This document shows, piece by piece, positions 21,497 to 29,211 of a stretch of DNA of 64,000 nt. Under the pieces are notes generated by a model. It saw nothing but the letters and a program-made list of their open reading frames with translations, was not told the DNA's origin and made no database searches. The DNA comes from Burkholderiaceae bacterium. Lineage in GTDB: Bacteria; Pseudomonadota; Gammaproteobacteria; Burkholderiales; Burkholderiaceae_C. A program made the position numbers and the translations under genes. The DNA is taken from NCBI GenBank assembly GCA_024235895.1, contig JACKLM010000009.1, forward strand, positions 19,380 through 83,379, in the 5' to 3' direction. How positions within the stretch are numbered: position 1 is the stretch's first letter; each line of letters begins with the position of its first letter.

Positions 21497-21642
21497 GGCG
21501 AGGCTCCGGCAGGGCGGTCGTCGGTGAGGTTCGAAGCCGGACAGTCTAGCCAGCGGCACGTGCAATGTGCATGCGAGATCGATCGGGGGCAGCCCCAGTT
21601 GACGCATACTCCTGCGAATGAAGGCCATGCAGACGGCAGAAA

Positions 21643-22131
21643 ATGCGAACTCGAAAGCCCGCCGCACAACTCGATGCGATCGACCGCGTGATCCTCGCCG
21701 TCCTCCAGGACGAGGGCCGGATCAGCAACCAGGCGCTGGCCGCGCGCGTGCACCTGTCGCCGTCGGCCTGCCTGCGGCGCGTCAAGGCGCTGGAGGACGG
21801 CGGCGTGATCGCGCGCTATGTCGCGCTGCTGGATCCGAAGGCGATCGGCCGCCCGGGGACGAGCTACACCATCGTCAACCTCGAGGGCACGCAGCCGCAC
21901 AAGCTCGAGGCCTTCGAGCGCGCGGTGCGCGACGCGCCGGAGATCCTGGACTGCTTCTATGTCGCGGGCACCGAGGATTACCTGATCCGCTTCACCTACC
22001 GCGACGCCGAGGACCTCGAGCACTTCTTCGCCGAGGTCCTGCCGCGGCTGCCCGGGGTGGTGCGCTCCAACTCGATGCTGGTGCTGCGAACGGTCAAGAA
22101 GACGACCGCGCTGCCGCTCGAGCCGATGTAG
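21643..22131 (+). CDS. Lrp/AsnC family transcriptional regulator
   Basis: LDAIDRVIL, GRISNQALAARVHLSPSACLRRVKALE HTH. Divergent from the omega-aminotransferase. Confidence 0.95.
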   Translation: MRTRKPAAQLDAIDRVILAVLQDEGRISNQALAARVHLSPSACLRRVKALEDGGVIARYVALLDPKAIGRPGTSYTIVNLEGTQPHKLEAFERAVRDAPEILDCFYVAGTEDYLIRFTYRDAEDLEHFFAEVLPRLPGVVRSNSMLVLRTVKKTTALPLEPM

Positions 22132-22209
22132 GGCGCGGGACCGTTCGTCGCCGCCCCGCTGCGGCGGCAACCCGGCGTCGCGGCCGTGCCGGGCGCGGCA
22201 CCCGGGCGC

Positions 22210-22779
22210 TCAACCGGCAGCCTCGCCGCGTGCGCGGTCGGCTGCCGCCTGCGCCTCATGGTATCGACGCGCACGCGGATAGACCCGCGCCTCCTCGAGC
22301 GCGATGTGCTCCTCGTACAGGCGGCGGAAGATCGGCAGCGCGTCGCGCAGCAGTGCCAGGTCGCAGGTCGCCTGGCCGCGCGCGATGGCGTCGAGCTGCG
22401 GCTCGATCTCGAGCCAGTCCTGCTCGAGCCAGCCGTGGTCCTGCTGCAGCCGGCGGACGTCGTGCACGAGCTCGGCGTCGGTCGACGCCAGCAGCGGCGG
22501 GAAGACGACGCGCTCCTCCTCGGCGTGGTGCGCGCGCGCATGGATGTCGAAGAAGTCGCGCACGCGCGCGGCGAGCTCGCGCGCCCGCCCGTCGGCACCG
22601 TCCTCCAGGAGATGCCCGACCAGCTCGTCGAACAACGCCATGTGCTCGAGCATCGCGCGGTGCTCGTCGTGCAGCGCCTCGATCGCCGGCAGCGGCGGGG
22701 CGGCGGGGCGATCGGGGCGTGGCGTGCGGGGGTCGGGCGGGGTCATCGGGCGGCTCCGTGCGGCGGACGGGTCATCCAT
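22210..22779 (-). CDS. Hemerythrin-like (HHE cation-binding) protein
   Basis: LHDEH, HHAEEERVVFP, LQQDH and HIALEEARVYP iron-ligand pattern. Start may be 22746. Confidence 0.85.
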   Translation of the reverse strand: MDDPSAARSRPMTPPDPRTPRPDRPAAPPLPAIEALHDEHRAMLEHMALFDELVGHLLEDGADGRARELAARVRDFFDIHARAHHAEEERVVFPPLLASTDAELVHDVRRLQQDHGWLEQDWLEIEPQLDAIARGQATCDLALLRDALPIFRRLYEEHIALEEARVYPRARRYHEAQAAADRARGEAAG

Positions 22780-22815
22780 GATCGGCGTCGGCTCCCCGCG
22801 CCGACTTGCGTGGTG

Positions 22816-23748
22816 TCAAGAAGGCCGGTGGCCGCCCTTGCGCGCCCGGCCGCACAGGTAGGTCCACACGAAGGACGCTGCGGCCAGGCTGGTCAGCTCG
22901 GCGTGGTCGTAGGCCGGCGCGACCTCGACACAGTCCATCCCGGTCCAGGGCAGGTCGGCGAGATCCTCCAGCAGCGTCAGCACCTGCGCGCTCGTCAGGC
23001 CGCCGGGCTCGGGGGTCCCGGTTCCGGGGGCGAAGGCCGGGTCGAGGCAGTCGATGTCCAGGCTGAGGTAGACCGGCGGGTGGCCATGCGCGGCGAGTCG
23101 ATCGCGGATCGCGTCGCACACCGGCGCGAGCTGGGCCGGCCCCTCGCGCCCGCGCAGATCCCGGGCGCCGAAGATCTGCCCGCCGCGGTCGCGCACATGC
23201 TCGCGCGCCTCGCGTGTCCCCGACGAGCGGATGCCGACCTGCGTCACGCACGCCGGCACGAGCAGGCCTTCCTGCAAGGCCTCCCAGACCCAGGTGCCGT
23301 GGCCGCTCGGCTCGCCGAAGTGGTCCTGCCAGGTGTCGCAGTGCGCGTCCAGGTGGACGAGCGCCAGCGGGCGGCCGAGCCACTCGCGGTAGGCGCGCAG
23401 CAGCGGCAGCGTGATCGAGTGGTCGCCTCCCAGCCAGGCCATGTGGTGGCGCCGGATCAGCGACGCGACCGGCGCGGCCATCGCGTCGCGCATCGCGCCC
23501 AGCGAGGTGTTCGGCAGCGCCAGGTCGCCGGCGTCGCCGAGGTGGCCGAGCGGCGAGACGTCGAAGTGCGGGTGGATGCCGTCGCACAGCATGTGGCTCG
23601 CCTGGCGGATCGCGCGCGGGCCCATGCGTGCGCCGGGGCGGCCGGTGGTCGACCCGTCCCAGGCGATGCCGGCGACCGCCAGCGGCTGGTCCGTTGCCGG
23701 CGGGGCCTTCAGGAACCGGGTGTCGCTGAGGTAGGCGAAGTCGTGCAT
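22816..23748 (-). CDS. speB: Agmatinase (ureohydrolase family)
   Basis: RPGARMGPRAIR, GGDHSIT, DAHCD, SGHGT, SLDIDCLDPAFAPGTGTPE, VEVAP. Confidence 0.9.
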   Translation of the reverse strand: MHDFAYLSDTRFLKAPPATDQPLAVAGIAWDGSTTGRPGARMGPRAIRQASHMLCDGIHPHFDVSPLGHLGDAGDLALPNTSLGAMRDAMAAPVASLIRRHHMAWLGGDHSITLPLLRAYREWLGRPLALVHLDAHCDTWQDHFGEPSGHGTWVWEALQEGLLVPACVTQVGIRSSGTREAREHVRDRGGQIFGARDLRGREGPAQLAPVCDAIRDRLAAHGHPPVYLSLDIDCLDPAFAPGTGTPEPGGLTSAQVLTLLEDLADLPWTGMDCVEVAPAYDHAELTSLAAASFVWTYLCGRARKGGHRPS

Positions 23749-23913
23749 CGGAGGCGGCTGGGTGATCGGTCAGGACGATGATAAGAAGGCTTCGACGCCG
23801 CCCCGATTTCGCCGATGCGGAGCGCTTGTCATCATGTGAAATGATGGGTTGCTGCGCTGCAGCGCGACTTTGCACGCACCCGAATGGTCTTTCACCATAT
23901 GAGACGACAGTCG

Positions 23914-23926
23914 CAAGTCGTTGATT
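23914..23926 (-). promoter_or_regulatory. Candidate IHF site in the speB/aceA divergent promoter region
   Basis: Minus strand AATCAACGACTTG fits the IHF consensus WATCAANNNNTTR, within an AT-rich patch. Confidence 0.45.
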
Positions 23927-23939
23927 TTTCGACATGCGA

Positions 23940-23965
23940 TCTTTTGTCTTATATAAGACATAAGT
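23940..23965. promoter_or_regulatory. Palindromic operator upstream of aceA (SdhR-type GntR/HutC motif)
   Basis: TCTTTTGTCTTATATAAGACATAAGT with a perfect 16-bp core TGTCTTATATAAGACA (23945-23960). From memory it matches the Burkholderiales TCA-gene motif TCTTATGTCTTATATAAGACATAAGA at 24/26. Confidence 0.75.
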
Positions 23966-24065
23966 CTTGCGCACTGACACCCGCCCCGGTACGCTGACGG
24001 CGTCGCGCCGGCCCACCTGCCGGCTGAATGCCAACCTCCATCCCGACCCTCACAGGAGCCCCTCG

Positions 24066-25382
24066 ATGAGCACCCCGACCCGTCAACAGCAGATCGCCGC
24101 CCTGGAAAAGGACTGGGCGAGCAACCCGCGGTGGAAAGGCGTCAAGCGCGGCTACAGCGCCGCCGACGTCGTGCGGCTTCGCGGCTCGGTCGCGATCGAG
24201 CACACGCTCGCGCGCCGCGGCGCCGAGAAGCTGTGGACGCTGATCAACGGCGAGGCGAAGAAGGGCTACGTCAACGCCTTCGGCGCGATCACCGCCGGCC
24301 AGGCGATGCAGCAGGCCAAGGCCGGGTTGGAGGCGGTGTACCTGTCGGGCTGGCAGGTCGCCGCCGACGGCAACACGAGCGAGACGATGTACCCGGACCA
24401 GTCGCTGTACGCGTACGACTCGGTGCCGACGATGGTCCGGCGCATCAACAACACCTTCAAGCGTGCCGACGAGATCCAGTGGTCGCGCGGCGTGGGCCCC
24501 GGTGACGCCGGCTTCATCGACTATTTCCTGCCGATCGTCGCCGACGCCGAAGCCGGATTCGGCGGCGTGCTCAACGCCTTCGAGCTGATGAAGAACATGA
24601 TCGCCGCCGGCGCCGCGGGCGTGCACTACGAGGACCAGCTCGCCGCGGTGAAGAAGTGCGGCCACATGGGCGGCAAGGTGCTGGTGCCGACGCAGGAGGC
24701 GGTCGAGAAGCTGATCGCCGCCCGCTTCGCCGCCGACGTGATGGGCGTGCCGACGATCGTGCTCGCGCGCACCGACGCCGAGGCCGCCAACCTGCTGACG
24801 AGCGACCACGACGCCAACGACAAGCCCTTCCTGACCGGCGAGCGCACGCCCGAGGGCTTCTACCGCGTCAAGAACGGGCTGGAGCAGGCGATCAGCCGCG
24901 GTGTCGCCTACGCGCCGTATGCCGACCTGGTGTGGTGCGAGACCGGCACCCCGGATCTCGGCTTCGCACGCGAGTTCGCGCAGGCGGTGCAGGCCAAGCA
25001 TCCGGGCAAGCTTCTGGCCTACAACTGCTCGCCGTCGTTCAACTGGAAGAAGAACCTCGACGACAAGACGATCGCCAAGTTCCAGGACGAGCTCGCGGCG
25101 ATGGGCTACAAGTACCAGTTCATCACGCTGGCCGGGATCCACATCAACTGGTACAACACCTTCCAGTTCGCGCACGACTATGCGCGCGGCGAGGGCATGC
25201 GGCACTACGTGGAGCAGGTGCAGGAGCCCGAGTTCAAGGCGCGCGAGCAGGGCTACACCTTCGTGTCGCACCAGCAGGAGGTCGGCGCGGGCTACTTCGA
25301 CGACGTCACGACCGTGATCCAGGGCGGCTCGTCCAGCGTGAAGGCGCTGACCGGGTCGACCGAGGAAGAGCAGTTCCACTGA
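24066..25382 (+). CDS. aceA: Isocitrate lyase
   Basis: [62 protein letters not shown]. Confidence 0.98.
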   Translation: MSTPTRQQQIAALEKDWASNPRWKGVKRGYSAADVVRLRGSVAIEHTLARRGAEKLWTLINGEAKKGYVNAFGAITAGQAMQQAKAGLEAVYLSGWQVAADGNTSETMYPDQSLYAYDSVPTMVRRINNTFKRADEIQWSRGVGPGDAGFIDYFLPIVADAEAGFGGVLNAFELMKNMIAAGAAGVHYEDQLAAVKKCGHMGGKVLVPTQEAVEKLIAARFAADVMGVPTIVLARTDAEAANLLTSDHDANDKPFLTGERTPEGFYRVKNGLEQAISRGVAYAPYADLVWCETGTPDLGFAREFAQAVQAKHPGKLLAYNCSPSFNWKKNLDDKTIAKFQDELAAMGYKYQFITLAGIHINWYNTFQFAHDYARGEGMRHYVEQVQEPEFKAREQGYTFVSHQQEVGAGYFDDVTTVIQGGSSSVKALTGSTEEEQFH

Positions 25383-25391
25383 CCGACGACG

Positions 25392-25420
25392 GCACGGCCC
25401 GGCGCGAAGCCGGGTCGTGC
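25392..25420 (+). terminator. GC hairpin immediately after aceA
   Basis: gcacggcccggc / gccgggtcgtgc 12-bp stem (one G-U pair) with a 5-nt loop. No U-tract. Confidence 0.4.
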
Positions 25421-25542
25421 ATGAACGCCAGTACGCGTTTGCGTTCGATCGACGAGGGGGTCGGTCGTCGGCGATCGAACGCCCTCGGCACGTTGCCGAC
25501 ACTCGCTGTGTGATGTGCTCATTGCGTGCGAGCGCCTGCGCA

Positions 25543-25779
25543 GCGAAGCCGGCAGCGGGCCGACCGGTGCGCGCGGCGGAGGCGGTCGGCGCTTCGCGCC
25601 GACTCCCCTGCGATGCTCGCCCTCCTGGCCCGCCGCCCAACTCGCTTCGTTCGCTGCGCTCACTACGCTCAAACAGCGGCGGCGAGTCAGTTCACGATGC
25701 GCGCTTCGCGCGCGGCCAGGAGGGCTGCGCTTCTCGGCGCCTCCCACGCACGCCCCGGCCGGCCCGCTGCCGGCTTCGC
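25543..25779. repeat. ~237-bp nested-palindrome element (REP/MITE-like)
   Basis: Perfect 20-bp terminal inverted repeat gcgaagccggcagcgggccg (25543-25562 / 25760-25779), extending imperfectly to ~42 bp. Inner perfect IR gccctcctggcc / ggccaggagggc. Confidence 0.7.
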
Positions 25780-25825
25780 GGAGACCGCAGTGGTATCCGC
25801 CCGTCCCACACCACTGCGGGTGCCT

Positions 25826-25926
25826 GCCGAGGGCGGCGGGTGCCCTTGACCGTAAGTAAAGGGGGAGCCGGCGGCGTAAGCCGACGGCGGAGGACATGGA
25901 GGGCAAGGGTACCCGCCGCCCTCGGC
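25826..25926. repeat. Long hairpin (23-bp stem, 55-nt loop containing a small GTAA-capped hairpin)
   Basis: gccgagggcggcgggtgcccttg (25826-25848) pairs with caagggtacccgccgccctcggc (25904-25926) with one G-U. The loop contains cggc-gtaa-gccg. Confidence 0.6.
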
Positions 25927-26056
25927 CCGCGCGATCGCCGCAAACCGCGAAATGACAGGCCGTCGATGTCCGCTACACGCCGTCCACGGCCATTCGACTG
26001 CGTACGCCCATTGAGAGCTTGAACGAGATCCCGAATGAGGCCGACGTGCGGCCGCG

Positions 26057-27214
26057 TCACATCGACTCGGCCAGCATCTGCCGGTAGTCCTCGCGCGTCG
26101 CCATCACCGGGTTGGTCTTGTGGCAGTGGTCGGCCATCGCGCCGTCGATCACGCGCTCGAAGACGCCTTCGTCGACCCCCATCGCGCGCAAGCCCGCCGG
26201 CAGCCCGAGCCGTGTGCTCAGCGCGCGCACCGTATCGGCAACCGCGTGGCCGTCGTCGTCGCAGCCGGGCAGCCCCATCGCATGCGCCATGCGCTGCAGC
26301 CGGCGCTCGCGCCGGATGCTGTCGGCGCGAGCGTTGAAGCGGATCACCGCCGGCAGGAAGACCGCATTGAGCGTGCCGTGGTGCAGCCGCGGATCGACGC
26401 CGCCCAGGCTGTGCGACAGCGAATGGACGCAGCCCAGCCCCTTCTGGAACGCCATCGCACCTTGCATGCTCGCGCTCATCATCTGCCAGCGCGCGTCGCG
26501 GTCGCTGCCGTCGCGCGTCGCGCGCTCGATGTGTGCCCAGCCGCGCTCCAGCCCGTCCAGCGCGATGCCGTCGGCCGGCGGGTTGACAGCCGGCGCCATG
26601 AAGGTCTCCATGCAGTGCGCGATCGCGTCCATCCCGGTGGCCGCGGTCAGGCCGGGCGGCAGGCCCAGCGTCAGCTCGGGGTCGAGGATCGCCGCCTTCG
26701 GCATCAGGTGCCAGCTGTGAAAGCCGAGCTTGCGCCCGTCGTCGACGATCACGATCGCGCCGCGCGCGACCTCGCTGCCGGTGCCGGCGGTCGTCGGCAG
26801 CGCGACCAGCGGCGCGACGCGCGCCGTGATGCGGTCGCTGCCGCCCTCGATCGTCGCGTAGGTCGCGAGCGGGCCCTCGTGCGTGGCGAGGATCGCCACC
26901 GCCTTGGCCAGGTCGATGCTCGACCCGCCGCCGATCGCGACCAGCCCGTCGCAGCGCTCGCGCCGGTAGACCGCGACCGCCGCGCGCACCGCGGCCTCGG
27001 TCGGGTTGGACGGCGTGGCGTCGAAGACGGCATAGGGCAGGCCGCCCGGTGCCTCCAGCGCCTCCAGCGCCTGCGCCAGCACGCCGGCATCGCGCACCCC
27101 GGCGTCGCTGACGACCAGCGGCCGGCGCATGCCGGCGCGCGCGCATTCCGCCGGCAGGATGCGCCGAGCGCCGTGGGCGATCTCGATCTGGGTCAGGTAG
27201 AGGATGCGGCTCAT
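26057..27214 (-). CDS. gbd: Iron-containing alcohol dehydrogenase, 4-hydroxybutyrate dehydrogenase type
   Basis: GGGSSIDLAK, PTTAGTGSE, GMDAIAHCMET, HSLSH, LHHGTLNA. From memory the sequence closely follows Cupriavidus necator Gbd (YLTQI, GRKLGFHSWHL, DHCHKTNP). Confidence 0.8.
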   Translation of the reverse strand: MSRILYLTQIEIAHGARRILPAECARAGMRRPLVVSDAGVRDAGVLAQALEALEAPGGLPYAVFDATPSNPTEAAVRAAVAVYRRERCDGLVAIGGGSSIDLAKAVAILATHEGPLATYATIEGGSDRITARVAPLVALPTTAGTGSEVARGAIVIVDDGRKLGFHSWHLMPKAAILDPELTLGLPPGLTAATGMDAIAHCMETFMAPAVNPPADGIALDGLERGWAHIERATRDGSDRDARWQMMSASMQGAMAFQKGLGCVHSLSHSLGGVDPRLHHGTLNAVFLPAVIRFNARADSIRRERRLQRMAHAMGLPGCDDDGHAVADTVRALSTRLGLPAGLRAMGVDEGVFERVIDGAMADHCHKTNPVMATREDYRQMLAESM

Positions 27215-27383
27215 GATCGTGCTGGAGGGGCCCTTTGCGGCGCCCGAGTATGCTCGCGCCGCGCCGAGGGCGGCCACCCGTGCCGACCCGGCCCGCGCTG
27301 TCGCGTACGCGACGCCCTCCACCTGTTCATCGCCCCGGTCCAGGCCCCAGCCCACCTTGCCGACCCATCTGCTCACCCCGGCG

Positions 27384-28316
27384 ATGGCCGGGCTGCTCGA
27401 CCGCATCCGGCGCGCCCGGCGCACGCCGCTGCACGCGATGTCACCGCAGCAGGCGCGCGCCGCCTACGCGGTGATGGCCGAGATCCTCGACCCGCCGCGC
27501 GCGCCGCTGCCACGCGTCGAGGCGCTGCAACTGCCCGGCGGTGATGGCCGCATGCGGCCGGCACGGCTGTACGCCCCGCTGGCGCGCGCCGAGACCCCGG
27601 CCGCCGGGCTGCCGGCGCTGCTCTTCCTGCATGGCGGCGGCTTCGTCATCGGCGGCCTGGAAACGCACGACAGCCTGTGCCGCCAGCTCGCACGGCGCAG
27701 CGGCGGCGCGGTCGTCGCGCTGGACTACCGGCTCGCGCCCGAGCACCCGTTCCCGGCCGCGGTCGACGATACCTGGGCCGCGCTCGCGTGGCTGCGCGAC
27801 CACGCGGCGACGCTCGGGTTGGACCCGGCGCGGCTGGCGATCGGCGGCGACAGCGCCGGCGGCACGCTGGCGGCGGTCGGTGCGATCCACGCCCGCGACC
27901 GCGGCTGGACCCTCGCGCTGCAGCTGCTGATCACGCCCGGCACCGCGGCGCATGCCGACACCGCGTCGCATCGCCTGTACGCCGAGGGCTTCCTGCTCGA
28001 CGCCGCCGCGATCGACTGGTTCTTCGACCACTGCTGCCCCTACCATCACCGGCGCGACTGGCGCTTCGCGCCGCTCGAGGCGCCGGACCTGGACGGCGTG
28101 GCGCCGGCCTGCGTCGTGCTGGCCGAGTGCGACCCGCTGGTCGACGAGGGCCTGGCCTACGCCGACCGGCTGCGCGCCGCCGGCGTCGCGGTGCGGCTCG
28201 AGCTCTACCGTGGCGTGACGCACGATTTCATCAAGATGGGCCGCGCGCTGAAGGAGGCCGCGCTGGCCCAGCAGGCCGCGGCCGACGCGCTTCGACAAGC
28301 CTGGAGGACTGCATGA
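27384..28316 (+). CDS. HSL-family esterase (alpha/beta hydrolase fold 3)
   Basis: HGGGF, DYRLAPEHPFPAA, GDSAGG, ECDPLVDEG, HDF. Start uncertain (27384 chosen). Confidence 0.9.
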   Translation: MAGLLDRIRRARRTPLHAMSPQQARAAYAVMAEILDPPRAPLPRVEALQLPGGDGRMRPARLYAPLARAETPAAGLPALLFLHGGGFVIGGLETHDSLCRQLARRSGGAVVALDYRLAPEHPFPAAVDDTWAALAWLRDHAATLGLDPARLAIGGDSAGGTLAAVGAIHARDRGWTLALQLLITPGTAAHADTASHRLYAEGFLLDAAAIDWFFDHCCPYHHRRDWRFAPLEAPDLDGVAPACVVLAECDPLVDEGLAYADRLRAAGVAVRLELYRGVTHDFIKMGRALKEAALAQQAAADALRQAWRTA

Positions 28317-29170
28317 ACCGAGCCGATTTCCGTTTCGCCGACCGCCTGCGCGTGCGCTGGGCCGAGGTCGACATGCAGAAGATCGTCTTCAACGGCCACT
28401 ACCTGATGTATTTCGACACCGCGGTGGCCGGCTGGTGGCGCGCGATGGGGCTGCCCTACGAGCAGACCATGCACGACCTCGGCGGCGACTTCTACGTCCG
28501 CAAGGCCACGGTCGAGTACGAGGGCTCGGCGCGCTACGACGACCAGCTCGAGGTCGGCGTGCGCTGCGAGCGCATCGGCACGAGCTCGATGCGGCTGCAG
28601 GCAGCGGCGTTTCGCGGCGGCGAGCGACTCGTCACCGGCGAGCTGGTCTACGTCTGGGCCGACCCGGCGACGCAGCGCGCGCAGCCGGTGCCGCAGCCGC
28701 TGCGCGACCTGTTCCTCGGCTTCGAGGCCGGCGAGCCGGTGCTCGACGTCCAGCTCGGCAGCTGGGACACGCTGGGCGCGCAGGCGCGGCCGATCCGCGA
28801 CGCCGTCTTCGTCGGCGAGCAGGGCGTGCCGGCGGAACTCGAGCACGACGCCGCCGACGCGTCGGCGCTGCACGCGCTGGCGGTCAACCGGCTCGGCCGC
28901 GCGGTCGCCACCGGGCGGCTGCTGGAACATGCGCCCGGCGTGTCCAAGATCGGCCGCATGGCGGTGCTGGCGGCGTTGCGCGGCGGCGGCACCGGCAGTG
29001 CGGTGCTGCGCGCGCTCGTCGATGCGGCGCGTGCGCGCGGCGACCGCGAGCTGCTGCTGCACGCGCAGGCGTCGGCGGTGGGCTTTTATCGCCGGCACGG
29101 CTTCGTGCCGGTCGGGCCCGGGTTCCAGGAAGCGGGGATCGCGCACCAGGCGATGGTGATGGCGTTGTAG
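28313..29170 (+). CDS. YbgC/FadM-type acyl-CoA thioesterase fused to a GNAT acetyltransferase domain
   Basis: N-terminal hot-dog motif RVRWAEVDMQKIVFNGHYLMYFD; C-terminal KIGRMAV, RGGGTG, LHAQ, FYRRHGF, EAGIAH. ATGA overlap with the esterase stop. Confidence 0.88.
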   Translation: MNRADFRFADRLRVRWAEVDMQKIVFNGHYLMYFDTAVAGWWRAMGLPYEQTMHDLGGDFYVRKATVEYEGSARYDDQLEVGVRCERIGTSSMRLQAAAFRGGERLVTGELVYVWADPATQRAQPVPQPLRDLFLGFEAGEPVLDVQLGSWDTLGAQARPIRDAVFVGEQGVPAELEHDAADASALHALAVNRLGRAVATGRLLEHAPGVSKIGRMAVLAALRGGGTGSAVLRALVDAARARGDRELLLHAQASAVGFYRRHGFVPVGPGFQEAGIAHQAMVMAL

Positions 29171-29211
29171 CGGTCCGGCGGGCCGCGCGCGGCCGGCGGC
29201 CGTGGCGGTGG

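Noticed and set aside
25826-25926. Identification of the long hairpin as 6S RNA, SRP RNA or group II intron domain V
   Set aside because: It lacks the SRP GGAA/AGCAG loop, the 6S central bubble and length, and a correctly paired domain V. It is left as an unknown structure.
25417-26022. Short ORFs (107-204 aa) across the aceA-gbd gap
   Set aside because: They are translations of palindromic repeats, open on both strands with no recognisable domain.
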